Source of the DNA: Carcharhinus amblyrhynchos
Taxonomy: Eukaryota
NCBI GenBank assembly: GCA_965287045.1
Contig: OZ336892.1
Location: 6,696,001-6,760,000, forward strand
Length of the DNA: 64,000 bases
Direction of reading: 5' to 3'
The notes under the pieces were generated by a model. It had not been told where the DNA came from. It searched no databases and saw only the letters and a list, made by a program, of their open reading frames with translations. The position numbers and the translations under genes are program-made. Numbering within the stretch: position 1 is the stretch's first letter; each line of letters begins with the position of its first letter. Below, piece after piece: positions 32,201-48,750 of this stretch.

Positions 32201-33094
32201 TTACAGCACAGAGCAGTACATTAAAAACTGTTGATACAAGTCAACTCCAATCCTTCAATAATCAGCCTACTCATTACAACACAACTTAGCAACTAGAATG
32301 GGAAGAATAATGAGTTCACAAGTTTTTAAATGCTGAAATGGACCCAGGCTAGGTCTAGTGTGCACTGGCTGATTCATATTGTTGACTGGAGACAAAAAAG
32401 GTCCCAAGGACAGCCATTGCAGATGTAATATCATCCATAGCTACAACATGAATTTACTTTGAAAAGAGATTGTAGGATTCAGGATAGTAATTTTTCCAAC
32501 TATTTAAATCTATGCTATATAGTTATGATATGCTTGCTTTTTTTTTTAAAAAACAGGATATAAAATTCAAATCATGAAGGAAGTTCAAGGTCACAGCAAA
32601 GCAAATACTAATCTAATCTATCAACATAGACAAACTCCAGCCTTGATCCTAGCCCATTTCTGGTGCTCCCTACACAGGAGATAAGAGTGGCAATTAGCTC
32701 AGACAACACCAAAATTTGCAAGTAACAGCATATGTGGTAGGGTTTATACTGGTGGAAAATGGCTTGTAAGCAAATATCAATACATTTTCTCACAAATAGA
32801 TCTGTAAATTTGTGGAATGGGCAATTAACTGACAAAATGTTGATTTCAAATACAAACATGCTCAAAAACATGGCCTTTTACAGTTAGACATTCAAAAGGG
32901 AATGGGGTTGCATTACCAATCCACACATGCAATGAAATGAAATAGCAAGATCAATGTTACAGGCACCATGGCAGTGCAGTTATGCACATGCAAGAAATTC
33001 CAGGCTGCTCACAGATTGATGCAAGACAACTCAACCTGAAAGGCGAGGTTGAAATTAAATATCTAGAACCATAGTTATTTGCAACTAAATTAGG

Positions 33095-33530
33095 AGCAAC
33101 AGTAGACCATTCAGCCTCAGTCTGCTGTCATTTGGTAGGTCATGGCTAATGCTATTGTGGCCTCACTTTGCTGTCTCCCCTCCTTAACCTATGCAGACTG
33201 ACATTAACAAACAAGTCAAATGCTGCCTCTAGACCAAATTTTAGAAATTCTCCATCTTAAATGAGTCATCCTTATTTTAAAACTCTCCTAGCCCTAATGC
33301 CCAAGACAACCTCTAAGCACCTACCCTGCCCAGCTCCTATTGTAATGGATATAGGCCTACTTGTCCTTCAAGTGATCCTTCTGAACTGCTTCTAATGCAA
33401 TTATATCCCAAGTAAGATCAAAACAGTACACAACAGCCTCACATTATTGCAAGGAGTATTAACATTGCATTCACCTGTATGCTGAACAGGATTTGTGTAC
33501 CAGGACATTCAAATCCCTCTACTGCAATCT
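33095..33530 (-). mobile_element. Decayed CR1 3' fragment (minus strand)
   Basis: taggagcaacagtagaccattcagcc ... gatcctt.ctgaactgcttctaatgc. Confidence 0.55.
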
Positions 33531-34402
33531 CTTCATTTCAACTAGATAAAGTTGAAAATTCCAGTTCTTCAACACAAAAATCTAGGCTGACTGTCTCAGA
33601 TGAGACATGATACAAGTCTCTTTCCTTTCAGGTTGGTGCAAGAGATCTGGCCTAATTTGTCTTTGTGAAAATTAAGCAAAGAATTTTTGAAAAGTGCCTT
33701 GGGATAGAAAATTGTATTTCATTTTGAATAATACACTAACTTTCAAAACACTAAACAAAAAAGAATCTTCCCCCCACTGTCTGCCAAAAGGAACACTGAA
33801 CAAAGATGACCTTTGGTTAAATACAATGGCTGCCAACACTGATCACATTTCCACATTAAAAATTAATGTTGCTATAACTGGCAAGTGATGGATCAATTGA
33901 CTGATTCTTGTATTAACACTTCCTCTTCACAAACCTGCTGCCACCTGAACTTTGCTCTAAAACTGCCCTACATGTTAGTTCTATGTATTTCAAAACCATG
34001 AAAGGTCACTGACTCACCACATGCCATAGAAAATAGGTCAAATCAGCCAAACAGTCCACTACGGGCTCAAAATTTAAAAATGGAAACCCAGAAGCACATT
34101 TATAATTTATGAAGCAATAGGCTGGCTAACTGAGCAGAGCACTTTATGCCTCTAAATTACACCAATGTAGCTTTATTCAGAAGATAAAGTTCAACTTTAA
34201 AAGGCATTAAGGCACTTTAGTGATGCAATGAAAACATGCTGTGCCAAATTTGAGGGGTTGCTAAAACTCAGTTGAAGATTTAAGATTGTGGAATCAGGTT
34301 TCAGCTTTGTGGGCAGGGAAGGGACTGGGATATACAGGTGTTTGTGGCAAGGGCTTGCCACCAATGTCAAACTGGTTGAACAGGCTCACCTTAGACACAC
34401 TA

Positions 34403-34768
<366 letters not shown>

Positions 34769-35459
34769 TCAGGGAAGAAAAGAGGTTCATTAAGTTACTG
34801 CATACCACTCAGACAAAACTAATTTTTGTAGGCACTAAAGTAGACTAGTCTTCAAATTGTGCAATGATTTGTTTCACCCAAATTTTAGCTAGGTTGTGCA
34901 TACAGGACCTCTGGAGGAACTGTCCCAGACCACAAGAACCAATTAGTCAGTGTGCTGTAGGAATATATTGGTGGAAAGGGATAAACACCAGGTTTTAGTC
35001 CAACCTATAAGGCAGCCAGTATCAAAATCTTGTGCAAGGTAGAAGAATGCAGGTGTTAGTGTACAAACAGTAAATACAATGTTGATAAGGAAAGGAGATT
35101 CTGTACACATTTGACAGAACTGTGGTACCATTAGTTTGGAATTCAAGTGCACTGAAGCTAATATTTACCAACAGCCAGCAATGCCATGTTCCATGAATGA
35201 ATTAAACCAATTTAATGTCAGATACCATTTTGGCACACAAGCAGCCAACATGCACAGGTATGTACCATGCAAGTGCTGAAGGAACAGAAGGCTTAGCCAT
35301 TTTAATTCTTCATGTTGATCTATTTTGTGCATAGAAAATCTTAATGTTAATCCAACCTGCAGGTGGTAAGAGTACCTTCAGTTTCCCAAACCTGCACAAT
35401 GGCTTGGATATTATTCTACATTAACATAGGGATCTGAAGCGTGAAGGTCCATATAGTTC

Positions 35460-35920
35460 TAAAAAAGTGGCAACAAAGGCAGCCAAGGTGATTAAGCATA
35501 TAGCATGCTCACCTTCATTTACCAGTGCATTGAGTAGGGAGTTGGGAAAATCATGTTGCATACAGGCCACAGGGAGTATTGTGTCCAATTCTGGTCACCA
35601 CACTAGAGGAATGTGGAAGCTTTGGAGAGAATGTGCGTACTTAGCTTTCCCCCACCCTAGAATGGAAGTTCCAATTACAAAAAGGAGTGTGTGTGTGTGT
35701 GTGTGTGTGGAGATGTTTTACTGCAGATTGATGGGTGCCTGGAATGCACTGCCAGGGGTTGCAGTGGAAAAACAGGCAGATTAGCAATGTTTGAGGCATC
35801 TGAATGGATACATGAATAGGGAGGGGTTAGAGTGATGCAAACCAAGTAATGGCAGATTTTGAGTTAGGGCACCATGATCAGCACAGGCTTGGAGGGCTGA
35901 AGGGCCTGTTCTGTACTTCA
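35460..35920 (+). mobile_element. CR1 3' fragment with internal (TG)n
   Basis: gagtattgtgtccaattctggtcacc, gcctggaatgcactgccagggg, gggctgaagggcctgttct. Confidence 0.75.
35687..35709. repeat. (GT)n microsatellite
   Basis: gtgtgtgtgt run. Confidence 0.9.
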
Positions 35921-36085
<165 letters not shown>

Positions 36086-36720
36086 CTAGAAGAAAACCAG
36101 ACAGGAGTATACATACAGGTAACAGAATCACAAATCAAGTTCATTAAATACTGGAGTTAGCATTATACTAGATTCAAACCATGTTGGCTCATTAAGATGA
36201 ATTACTGCAGAGTCAAGTACTAACTGAAAGAAACTGGGTTATGTTTTTCATTGTTTTAATTTCCAACTGAACACAAAGCCACAGTTACACAAATGTCACA
36301 GCACAAGTTACTTCAGGCTTGGAAGATTTATGGCTAACCTTCTTCCTGAGTCTTAAATATTAGGCAGTTTTATGTACTCAGCTGTTAAATGGCAAAATAC
36401 GAACTAGAAACATTCCAAACCTCCTGTGGCTATTGCAGGCACTATGGATCAATGGGCTAGGAAATAGAAAACTTCAAATCTGTTACTGGAGCTGAAGGAC
36501 AAGTCCACAGAACCCTTAGTGCAGAAGGCCATTGTGTCTGCACAAACTCTGAAAGAACACTCTACAACTCTTGTTCCCTGTTTGTTTCTTTCTTCCCTTC
36601 CTCCTCCCCCCACCACCCTGTCATGGTGCTGCTCTTATTCATGGCTTCTACTCAGTCCACCACAGAACTGAACAATCAGCACTTCTAGGGTCAGAAAGTG
36701 AAAGAATGGCATTGGTATTA

Positions 36721-37074
<354 letters not shown>

Positions 37075-37533
37075 TTAGAGGAACCTAAAGCTCGTGCTTT
37101 CTTCCAGTTTGGGAGAAAAAAAAAGATGCCAAAGATGCATTAAGCCCAGTTGGTGCACATGCCTGAGCTACCACAATTATTTTTTTTAATGGTGAATTTC
37201 AGAAAATAATTGTAACCCCAAAAGCAATTGTGGGTAGTTCAGCTACTTTTGCAGTTAAACAGCAAGCACAAGGCCAGCTCTCAACTGTAGTACATTTGCC
37301 CTCTGGCAGGATGTAGCCACACCTGTTTACTCCCTGCCCTTCCTCAACCCCACCAGTATCTTTGTACAGCATTAAGGCAATGCTTAGAAAAACCAGCAAT
37401 TGTTGAATGGGGTATAAATGCCAAAGATGTAATGAGGGACACTATGCCACCACATAGCCCCAAAATAAGCAGTGGGACACAGTTGGCACCTTAAGCCAAC
37501 ATCCACATGCAAGCAATATAGGAAAAAACTTTA

Positions 37534-37920
<387 letters not shown>

Positions 37921-40900
37921 TCAATCCTCCCTTTAGACTTTTAGTTAGCAGGCCAGTAAAGCTCACTTACAGGTTTCCCTTCTTAAAGTGGTGTAATAGT
38001 AGTAGAGTAGATTTGATGCCCTACAATTTAACCAAGTGATTGTACAGCTTGAACAAACATTTGTAATTTCTTACTGAATTGCAAATGTTAAAAATCAAGT
38101 TAATTTGAGTCAGTCAAGGAACTAATCACAGGACTACTTGTCCAGTTGATACTAGGTATATAAGCCAGAGCAATGCAGTATCTGTCTATAGTTGTTTTGT
38201 AAAAAGATAACTTTTTACAAGATTGCAGTACATGTGAATGATAGCAGGTCTGAACCAAACAGCATTCATTTGTATGCGTTTCTGGAGCACAACACAGCAC
38301 TCAAAAGGATGGGAACATCTACAACTAGCACTCAATGAGATTAAAGTTTTCCCACTTGTAACAAATAATTGGTGGTGTTCTGTGGCTATGAGAATTTTTG
38401 AAAACACTACAATCTAAGCCAAGCATTTTGCTGAACTGCATTTAAGTTTTCTTGGTGCAAAAGCTCATCCACAATTCACTAAAGGTTGGGTCAAAGTGTT
38501 GAGTGCCTAAAGACACTTAACAGGGATCAGAATAAAAAAGGTACACTAGTAGACTCAAACCAACTTTTCCTATCGAGCCTGACAAGTGAAGATTGAGAAA
38601 AAAAATTATTAAACTCTTGGATTTAAGTACAGGGGAAAAACCCAACTGCTTAGTGCTTGTTCCCATCCCAAATATCCAGTTGTACACAACACTACATAGA
38701 ATTCAAAATGCAAAATTCAGGCTCATGGTTGTTCTGATCCAGTTCATAATGTGCAATTTGCATTCCCTCACCCTGTTTCAGAATTCAGACCTATGGAGAC
38801 AAAGAATTGTGCATTGCAAGCTGTGGGGATGTAACCAGTGTTATAATCAGCACAAGCTAAAAATTGATTAAGATGCCTGACATTACCAGGACTCAGTTGT
38901 ATTTTTTTAATTACCCCCCAAGCTGCTAGGAACCAGAAAGGTTTCAATTTCAGTCAGGTAACTCTTCATACTCAGCTATTCATAAAGAGGCCTCAAGCCT
39001 TCACATAGGTGGTTGAAGCACAAGAATATCAAATCAGTACTGACAAAGAAAAACACCAAAATGTTCAGGCTTGTCAGTTTAATTCATAGGGTCCTTCAAT
39101 TTTTAAATAAAGGAACAGTTTAGTCTTCCAGTACAGCAGCTGGAAACCCAACAGTTTATAAACTGGACCAGAATCATGTGTCTAGATTTAAAGTAACTCA
39201 CCATCTGCTTATACAAAGAAAGCAGTAAAGAAATGCAAAGTAATTGAATCAGTAAAACAAGCTCCAGATATTAAGCGTCACAAAAAGCTATAATAAAAAG
39301 TTAACCTTTTGCAGGCTGCCTGGCGATTTAAATCTCCAACTGCTTTGTGAACAGATGCAAGATAAAGCAGTCACTGCATTTCACTAGTAGACTTAATTTC
39401 ATACCTAGCTGGTGAAAAATTCTTGAATACATGTATGCAAGTTTGGAGCAATATGCATTTACACAAAATAGACATCCAGGGATTAGGTAGGGGAAGCTAA
39501 GTGAATAGCTAAAGCAAAGCTTTTTTAAAATAGCTTTAAAAATAAAGTCCTGATGTAAATCAGCACTCCTGCTGAAGGAAGAAAGTTTTTTTTTCCACAA
39601 ATTAGGGTTCATGGGTTTTGCAGCTCAATTGTGCATTTAAAATAATTCAGCTGTCAGAAATTAGAGGGTTTTTTTCCCCCCACACTTAAGTTTACCAAGT
39701 GATAAGTTTAAATCTGCCCAAGATGAGTGCAGCTTTTATTCTGATCATATGGCAAGACTATATCTTGTGTCTAGATGGGATAGGGAGAATCCTATTTACT
39801 TTTAGGACTTCCAGGTTACAGCATCAAATTAGTTTGCAAGGCTAAAGAAGTACTTAGGATTTCTGTAATTTGGAAGTGGCACACCATACATCACCCCAGT
39901 TTATTTTGCAAGATGGGTCCAACTAGAAGAAACATTTGTACACATCACTGCATTCACATGTTATTAGCTCACTGAAAGTTAATGTTGTACTACCACTGCA
40001 TCCACTAAATACACTGCTGAGGCTACTTTCAATGAGCTAACTACATTTACACAGTATGCAAAGGAACCTCCAAGAACAGGGAAGGAGATCATTTGTCATT
40101 TTCCCTTTTACATTCAGTGATGGAGCAGACTAACAGGATTATCCTATGACACCAAGTGTTCCTTCACTAGGGAGCACAGGTAGCTTGAGATTAGCTTTTT
40201 CATTCAAAATGTGTTCCTGGCAAAGTCACCATTCAGTACCCACCCTTCAAGGGAGACAGAACCAATAGCAGTTTAAGTACCAACCACATTGTGAAACTAG
40301 TTGCGCACAAGCCAGACCAGTTAACAGTGAGGTTTTTTTTCAAGATTCCAGTTATGAAACCCAGGATCTAAAGCTTCCTGTGTGGGTCACCAGTTTAAAG
40401 GTTAATAGGTCTCCCATTTAAGTTAGAAGTTGAGGTTCGTGTCCCTGGGAAGATGGTGAATATTAAGTGGATAGATTCTTGACTAAGGGAGTCAAAGATT
40501 ACCAGGGGTAAGAAAGTGAACTAAAACCACAATGACCACCTTAATGAAAATGGGAGAACAAGCTGAGCAGTCAAATGCCCTAATCCTGCTTCATATGAAT
40601 GCTAAGATTGTTCATGTCCTCAAGTGCATGCACTGGGACAATATTCTAAATTTGTTTTCAGTCTTTTGCCAAGTAATGGAAATTTCCAATTAAAAAGTTA
40701 AGATAATTCAATAAATTTAGTGTGGTTCAAGTCTAGTGCAAACTGGAAGTTTAATAAATACACATTCTCAGCTCATTGACCAAAATGGTAGACTAAGTAG
40801 TCTCACAACACCATGTTGTAAGGCTTCTTACTGTGTTTACTCCAGTCCAATGTCAGCACCTCTACATCAAAATGGTAGACAGGAGTTGATGGATAGAGAT

Positions 40901-41171
40901 GGAGGATGCATTTAGACACTAAATTAAAATCTTTGAGATGGAGTTTATTTCAAGTGTTACTTCCTAGATGCTTCCAGCCAAAGATGCCTTGCTCTTCATT
41001 TTTACTTTAATCAGCTTGGTTCCATGTGCATCCAACCATTGAAAGGCATGCACTTGCTTTAGTCAAAGTGGACAAGCTCATGAAGGAAACCATTTAGTTG
41101 AATTGCAATGCAGTGACAAGGCTGAGTCTGCACAAACTTGTATTTCAAAGACCAAAAGAAAAACCCATCTA

Positions 41172-41468
<297 letters not shown>

Positions 41469-43107
41469 TCAATGTCAAAAGCTAGGCTACTGGACAGGTG
41501 TGGAAACAATGAAAATTTCTACAATGTTACAACTGCTTATAATAAACCATTATTCTTTGGCTCAATTATGCCTCTAACCAAGTTTCACTTTTTACTGGTG
41601 GCCCACAAAATGAGGAAAAAGGGAAGCTAGTTCATAAGGGCATCCAAGCATGCAAGAATTGAAAAATGATTGGTCTTTTTACTTAAAGCATGTGCACCAG
41701 TTAGCATTGACAATTAGTTCCACTTTCATGGCTCTCAAGTATTATGGGCAGGAATTGGTTTTGCCTTTCAGGGCTAATGCAGTAAGACTGCCTGCCAGAG
41801 CAGGCTTGAAGAAATGACTGAAGGCCAGAATACAATACTCAAGCAAATGTTTGATACTTGCAGTATCAATGGAAAAGTTGCAATGACAATGCCTGGATAC
41901 AAGTGGAAATATTTAAAATGATCAAGACAGGTTTGGTTCTAGGTCTAAATTATGCAACTTGATCAGAATCAAAGGGAAACCAGGGAATCTAAAAATCCAG
42001 TCAAAATTAACCAGAAGTGAATATCCAGTATTTAAGGTTTAAAATAATTCACATCTCAAAGTTACCAATCTTTAAAAGAATGAGAACTCATCCTGCTGAC
42101 GGATAAAATGAGTGCAATCTACTGCATTCATATAAATCTAAAACTGCAGAAGTTCCAAACTGCAACAGGAAGCTGCAGGATATCAGATTAGAGTTGGGAG
42201 CAACAGGTGTTTAGACAATTTTTAACTGAAGTGCCCCAGTCAGTCATGAATGATCAATACTCCATTTTAGAGCACTGACCCAAATACTAAAATTCTCACC
42301 ACAGAAGTATTTTTGATTTGTGAAATCATGCTCAACTTGAGGGGTTGGAGTTGGATGAGATTCTTTTCAATTTAGGTGGGCAGTGGCAAGTTACCACTTC
42401 TGGAATGAATATATGCACAACACCAGAGTTCAAATGTCAAACAGTACTAAATCTGAACATGAGACATTAATATGGCATTCTTCCAGATCTCATTCTAATT
42501 GATGCATAGATGGCATTTAGGACATGAATTTCAGTGGAATACAGAAAGTTAAATTAGAGAATACATTTAATGTTATTGAAACATTCCCATCTTACTGTAG
42601 AAGAGAGTCACAACTGGTTGTACTTTATGAAGACTCACTCAACATGGCAGTTTTGCATTTGAGATTATTCCACTTGCAAAATGTAGAATTTAAACAAAGC
42701 AAGCTGAAGCAATTTTGTAACTGAGCTACACATGGAGATCAAGAAAGTTGTCCTTGGTCACTTTGGAGAGCTAGCAGTTGAGTACTACATTATTCATGGT
42801 TAACAATACTGAAAAGTTATCTGGCAGACAGTCATAACTCTAGTCAGCTGGTAAAAGATAAATATCCCTTCAGTGACTGCTGTGAAAATTCAAATTGTTT
42901 TACCAATTTTGATTCAGTCACATGTCTTTTGCAAAGACATCTTGCATCAGAGGACAGACAGCATGCTGTTTTTGCCATCTGTCTGCATTATTCAAAGAAT
43001 CAGATTGCTTTGACGCATTGTACATTTATTCCAATTAAATTGCAGATGTCAAGATCAAACTTTGATTGGGAGCTTGGTCAAACCAGTTGGGAATTATGTT
43101 ATTTAGG

Positions 43108-43265
43108 TTGCCTCAGCACCAGGGTTCAATTCCCACTTCAGGTCAGTGAGGAGTTTGCAGTGTGCATTTCCTCAGAATCCAAAAGTGGTGGGGGTTAGCT
43201 GATAGGGGATAATTGTGCACCAGGTGTAGGCTCAAGGGGTTGAATGGCCTCCTGCACTGTGGACG
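43108..43265 (+). mobile_element. Internally deleted V-type SINE
   Basis: tgcctcagcaccagggttcaattccc...ggagtttgca...gaatggcctcctgcactgt. Confidence 0.65.
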
Positions 43266-43699
43266 TTCTTGAGCTTGCTACATTTCCATGCACTGACTTG
43301 TCAATTCTGAAGATAGAGGGGAGGGTGGGCTTCAACACTCCATTGCCTCAAATATTTATGCAGTTAACAATTGCAGTGTTTGAGTAAAACTATTTCAAAG
43401 TCAGATTGTACAAAAATCAGGAACTCTACCAAACCAGACAACTGCATTTGGAAATATTAAGTGAGGGAATGCTGGCACTGAGGAAACACTAATTTGTGCT
43501 GTTGCACCAGTCATCTTCTACATTTCCTGACCTTTTCATAGGGGCAAGTAACCTTGAATGATTGCTTTTGTCACCTGCATTTCAAACTTAGTTCAGGCAT
43601 GAAGAACTAAATGCACTTTGCAGTTTAGTCACTAATATCACAAGTAATTTACACTCAGACTCCTACAAACAGGATGAAACGAGTGACTAGAACATCTGC

Positions 43700-43830
43700 T
43701 TCAGGTTGAGGGATGAAATGTTGGCCAGGACACTAGTGAATTTATTTTTGAACAGTGCTGTGGCATCTTCATGCAAAAAAGATCTGATAAACACTGCACT
43801 GAAGTCAGTCACAAGTGTTGAATGCACAAA
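43700..43830 (-). mobile_element. Deu-domain-type SINE fragment
   Basis: ggttgagggatgaaatgttggccaggacac ... actgcactgaagtcag. Confidence 0.55.
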
Positions 43831-44374
43831 CTTGGAATATCACTGATCCATGTTAGAAACTTGAGAATGAGAATCTACATCCCAATATGATCATTCTGCA
43901 CTGAAGCTATTTTCCATTCAAGGCAATTAATCCAGGACCACAGCACAAGAATATCATATTTACATTAGAATTCCACTGCATTCAGATCAAAAATGACATA
44001 AGGATACAATGGTCATACTTTCTAATTTCCACACAATTAAAACTCAAGCAGCTGTTAACACCACTTTCCATAATACACATGGTCTCCAGGCTGTTCCATT
44101 CAAGTTCAAACAGCTACCAAATTTCAAACATTGACAGCAGAGAAGTTGGAACAGGCATTATTTCTTGCAAACCAAAAGAGCTAAACTTGAAAGGTTGTAT
44201 TTGTCACCATGGAAGACTTGGTGGGTTTTAAAAATCCAAAGTAATCAAGTCCAGCCAGCCACCAAATTGACATCCTTGATCCTATTAGTCAAAAATCAAT
44301 CTTTCAGCAAGGCTGGTGAGAAAAATCCAGCACAGGGACTGTTTTATAAAAAAAGTGGCCTAGATTTTCGATCC

Positions 44375-44830
44375 TTAAGTACTGTTTGCAAGTTTAGCAT
44401 GTCTGTTACTACTTTCACCAGCTTCTACAGATGCACCATAGAAAGAATTCTCTGCTTTGTCAGAGCTTGGTATGGCTCCTGCTGTGTCAAAGACTACAAG
44501 AAACTCAAGGGTTATGAATGAAGCCCAGTCCATTCAAACCAGCCTCCCATCCGCTGACTCCATCTACCCTTCCCACTGCTTTGGAAAAAAGCAGCCAGCA
44601 TAATCAAGGACCCCATGCAGTCCAGACACTTCCAACTTCTGTCAGGAAAAAAGATAGAAAAGTTGAGATCTGTACCAACTGACTAAACAGCTTCTTCCCT
44701 GCTGCCAGATTTTTGAATGGCTCTACCTTACATTAAGCTGCACCCTAGTTATAACTGCAACATTACATTCTGCACCCTCCATGAATGGTGTGCTTTGACT
44801 TAGTGCGCAAACTTTTCACTAATGACATAC
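44375..44830 (+). mobile_element. Rex1/Babar-type LINE 3' fragment
   Basis: KFSMSVTTFTSFYRCTIERIL...WYGSC; homologous to the 63 kb copy. Confidence 0.8.
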
Positions 44831-47800
44831 TGTACAATTACAATTCTTTGTTAATACCACAGACTGAAATAGGTGCTCTAGCCAAGATGCTTTATTACTT
44901 GCACAACCATCTGCCTTCAACTTTTGAAAACAGGACACTGACTGAATTACAAAGTTGAATAGCTAGGTGTCAGAACAGAAATGCAATTAATTCAGACGTT
45001 AGTATAACAGTAATGTTTAATTTCTTCAACTAAACCAAAGTCTGAGGAAGGATTACCAGTTCTTTAGGCAAATTGATGGCTTGGTCGAACAGATGTCCAG
45101 CAAATTCTGGGTTTTTTGGATGAAACCTAAACTAAAATCATCCCTGCAGAGCTCAGCAACAGCCTAGGAAATTCTTGAAGTTTAACTAAAGCCTTTTTCC
45201 ACTACCCCACAAACCAGAAAATACTTGGCATTTCTACTTCCCAGCAGAAAACAGCATAGTCAATAAAAATTGTTCTGTTTGGCACTGATGTGATTAACTA
45301 AGGTTTGCATGACCTTCACAAGTAACATTGTGACCACACCTTTTCTTGCATGGTTACAAGAGAAACTAAACATGGAACAAAAGTTGGGTGTGGTTACATT
45401 GGTCATCTCCCACCAATGCTAGATAAACTTGCACTTTCCAACAGGCCCAGAAGCTTGTATTTGATTACTGATTTGAAAAGTTCATAGATTTCCACTGCAG
45501 TGCAAGTTCTACAGCTGACTTCTAGCCTTTCCACTGCAAAATCAAGTAAAAAAGGATAAAAATGAAATGCAGCTATGCTGCTAACTCCAAGCATCAAGTA
45601 CTGAGTCCAGCACAAGTAACCTTCAAGGGTGGAGATGTGGAATCAAACTATTGAAGCAAACTTTGTTTTGACTAAACACAAGAAAATGACCTAAAACAAA
45701 AGTTAATCCAGGAACTTTAGCATACAAGATTAAAGCTGGAATAGTGAGCCAAACAAAAGGGTCTCGGGTGGCATTCTGCAAAGCTCTCTCTAGTGCTGGT
45801 TTGAACCTTTCATCCCTTTACCTACCAGGGATGAAACAGCACATTATCCACCAACTTGGTTATGTCCAAGAATCACCTTAAGGAAATTACCTCAAGTTCC
45901 CAATTTTCTGATCGGTGGGTTACATTAGTTCAAAATTTGCACCCATGAACAACTTTGATCTCCACTGCAGAAGGAAAAATGGCAACTTCACAGGCAAAAG
46001 TCTTGTAATACAAGTTGTCAAAGATGCTTTCAATTACCAAAAATGGTACTGACAAAAATGGAGTCAAAATGGAAAAAAAAAAAAGAGTATTCTAGTACTT
46101 ATGAACAGGCTAGGAATCAGGACCAATGCTCCAACCTCACTGATGAAGGCTTGTCCTACTACTAAAGCCATTTCTGAACAATGTTAATTAGAACACTTAC
46201 AAGCAGTAAATTGTTTGTTGTACGAGTTAGGATTTTAGTAACAGCATGGATATCAAAAAGGCAATTAAACGGCTAGTCAATATAGCTCCACACTCGCCAC
46301 AGGGCCACTCAAATCAGTATACAGGAGGACTGAAACAGTGGTTCATTTAGTAAAATCTGTCTTGTTCTTAGTGCTGGCTAATCCATAAATTAGCCCAAGG
46401 TGCTAACAGGCTTTAGTGATTTTCAGTGTCACAGTCAGCTTTATTATGGGATCACCACCTAGGGTCAGGTATAGGAAGGTCTCAGGTACTCTAAGATGTT
46501 AACCATTATTCAATTTAAATTGAGAAAATTGAACTGGAATTACTATTGCTCAATGTTATGAGCAAGTGAAACAGGACTTGCCCATCCCTAGAAAAGTAAT
46601 CCAGTTTGTTTAGTTGTATTTAAACAAAAAAACTTTACTAATGAAAATACAGTACTAGTTTTGAATGGGGAATCCAATGCATCTATTGTATTCATGGCAA
46701 CCATGATCAGGTCATGCTGCCCCCACACTACTTTACAATTCTTAAAAATTTACCCCAATATGTAGGTTTGGTTTGCTGCTGCATGTTAACCCATTGATTC
46801 TTTCCTTCAAGATAGATTACCTGTTTGGAAGGTATGTACTATACTTCAGTAACAATTTATGGCAAACTTACAACTACAACTGAGCCATTTTAAAAATGGC
46901 TTCATTATGACACAGCAAGATAATCTGCATCATTGGTAAGACTGCAACTGTGCAAAGTAACTAACTAGGCAAACAATTCCACAGTTGGTTGCATAGACAA
47001 TGAGTACAACAGGTAACAAAAAATTGGCAAATGGTGGCTAAGTATGGGAATGGTTTATAGTTTAGATAAGGGCTGAAGTGACAAGGTGGGTCAATAATCT
47101 AGTTTTGCTGATGTGGATCATAGCTCCAGGTGGATTGTTAAGCTTAGAGAAGCTTGATACAAAGGAGAGATGTTGGTGGGAGCAGCTAATGGATTACAAA
47201 CACTAGCAACATTAAAGCACACTGTTAAAATGGAGTTTAAATGTGAACTTAAGACTTTGATTTGTATGCAAGGTCCCAAATCAAAGTGAAACAAGATGGG
47301 TCTGGTAGGGAAATGGGGTAGACACCACATGGGATATAGAAGTTCTTGCATGTCCTCTCCTACTTCTTACCAGTATAGCACTGAGGGACAGTGCAGCAGG
47401 GTCAGACTAGTGATTAAAACAAATCAAGTTAGAACTAAAACTAAAATGAACAAAGGGCCAGTTAATGCCAAGCTTTGTGATCTGTAAGCTATGTTTGTTC
47501 AAGATAAGTGCAGAGTAAAAAGCAAATACTGACCAATAGTTTTTGGACACTGGTCATGAATAGAAGTGCCAAAACTTCAACATTCCTGCCAAGATAATAT
47601 CTTTCAGGAAGCTCAAAGCTCTGAACAAATTTGCCACTTTCCTGGAGGTTGCTTCCATCAGCAGAAAGAACTTCACTGAATTCTAGGAAGGATGCAAAGC
47701 TGCTGTCAAAATCATAACTGAACAGGGGAGCCAAGTGACTGGACTCCAATGCAGACAAACTGGTATATTTTGGGAAGTGTCAAGAACATGCCCCAAAGCT

Positions 47801-47999
47801 TAATCTATAATCACTTTGTTCTTGGTTTTAAGTGATGTTTACACTAAACAGTAACAAACATTTTAGCATGCCAGTGACCAAACAGGTATCTTGCATGTAT
47901 TCCTTCACCTCAGACAGCCAATACTCTAAAACAGACTATGAAAACCACTTCCTCCTATCCAACAGGAAGTTTTTATACTTGCTGCATAAACCTATACTG

Positions 48000-48750
48000 A
48001 ACATTCATTGGGCTGATGAATGGCAGATGGAGTTTAGGCAAGTGTGATTTTTTTGGTAGATTGAACCAGGGCAGGACTTAATGGTTGGGGAGAGTTACAG
48101 AACAAAGATCTAGGAATACATATTCAGAGCTACTTGAAAGTGGAGTTACAGGTGGACAGAGTGGTGAAAACATTTGGTGTGCTTGGTTTCATTATCAGAA
48201 CACTGAAGTTTTACAAGGCAAAGGCCACACTTGAAATACTGTGTATAGTTCTGGTCACTTATGGAAAGGTGATTATTAAAACTAGAATGACTGCAGAAAA
48301 GATTTACTAGGATGCTACAGAGACATGATCATTTGAGTTGAGGCTGAACAGATTGGGGGGGGGGGGGGGGGGGGGGGGGGGTTCTCCCCCACCCCTGACT
48401 GTAGGAGTGATTTGAGGTCTATAAAATGGGCATAAAATCAGCCAGATGGTCAATATCTTTCCCAAGATAGGAAAATCTTAAAAAAGTAGAGGGCATACTT
48501 TTAAGAGGTGAGATACACAAAGGGGGTCCAGGATGGGCAATTTTGAGTGGTGAATTCTGGAACAAGCTGCCAGAAAGTAGTAGAGTCAGGTACAAATTGT
48601 CTTTTAAAAAATATTTTAAAACAGTTATATGGGTAAAGGTAGGGGGATATGGGCCAAATGCAGGCAATTGGGACTAGCTTAGGGGTTTTTTTTTTAAAAA
48701 AGGGCAGCACAGACAAGTTGGGCTGAAGGGCCTGTTTCCATGCTGTAAAG
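48000..48750 (+). mobile_element. CR1 3' fragment with internal poly-G
   Basis: tgggctgatgaatggcagatggagttt ... gggctgaagggcctgtttccatgctgta. Confidence 0.8.
48355..48381 (+). repeat. Poly-G tract (27 nt)
   Basis: Direct. Confidence 0.9.
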
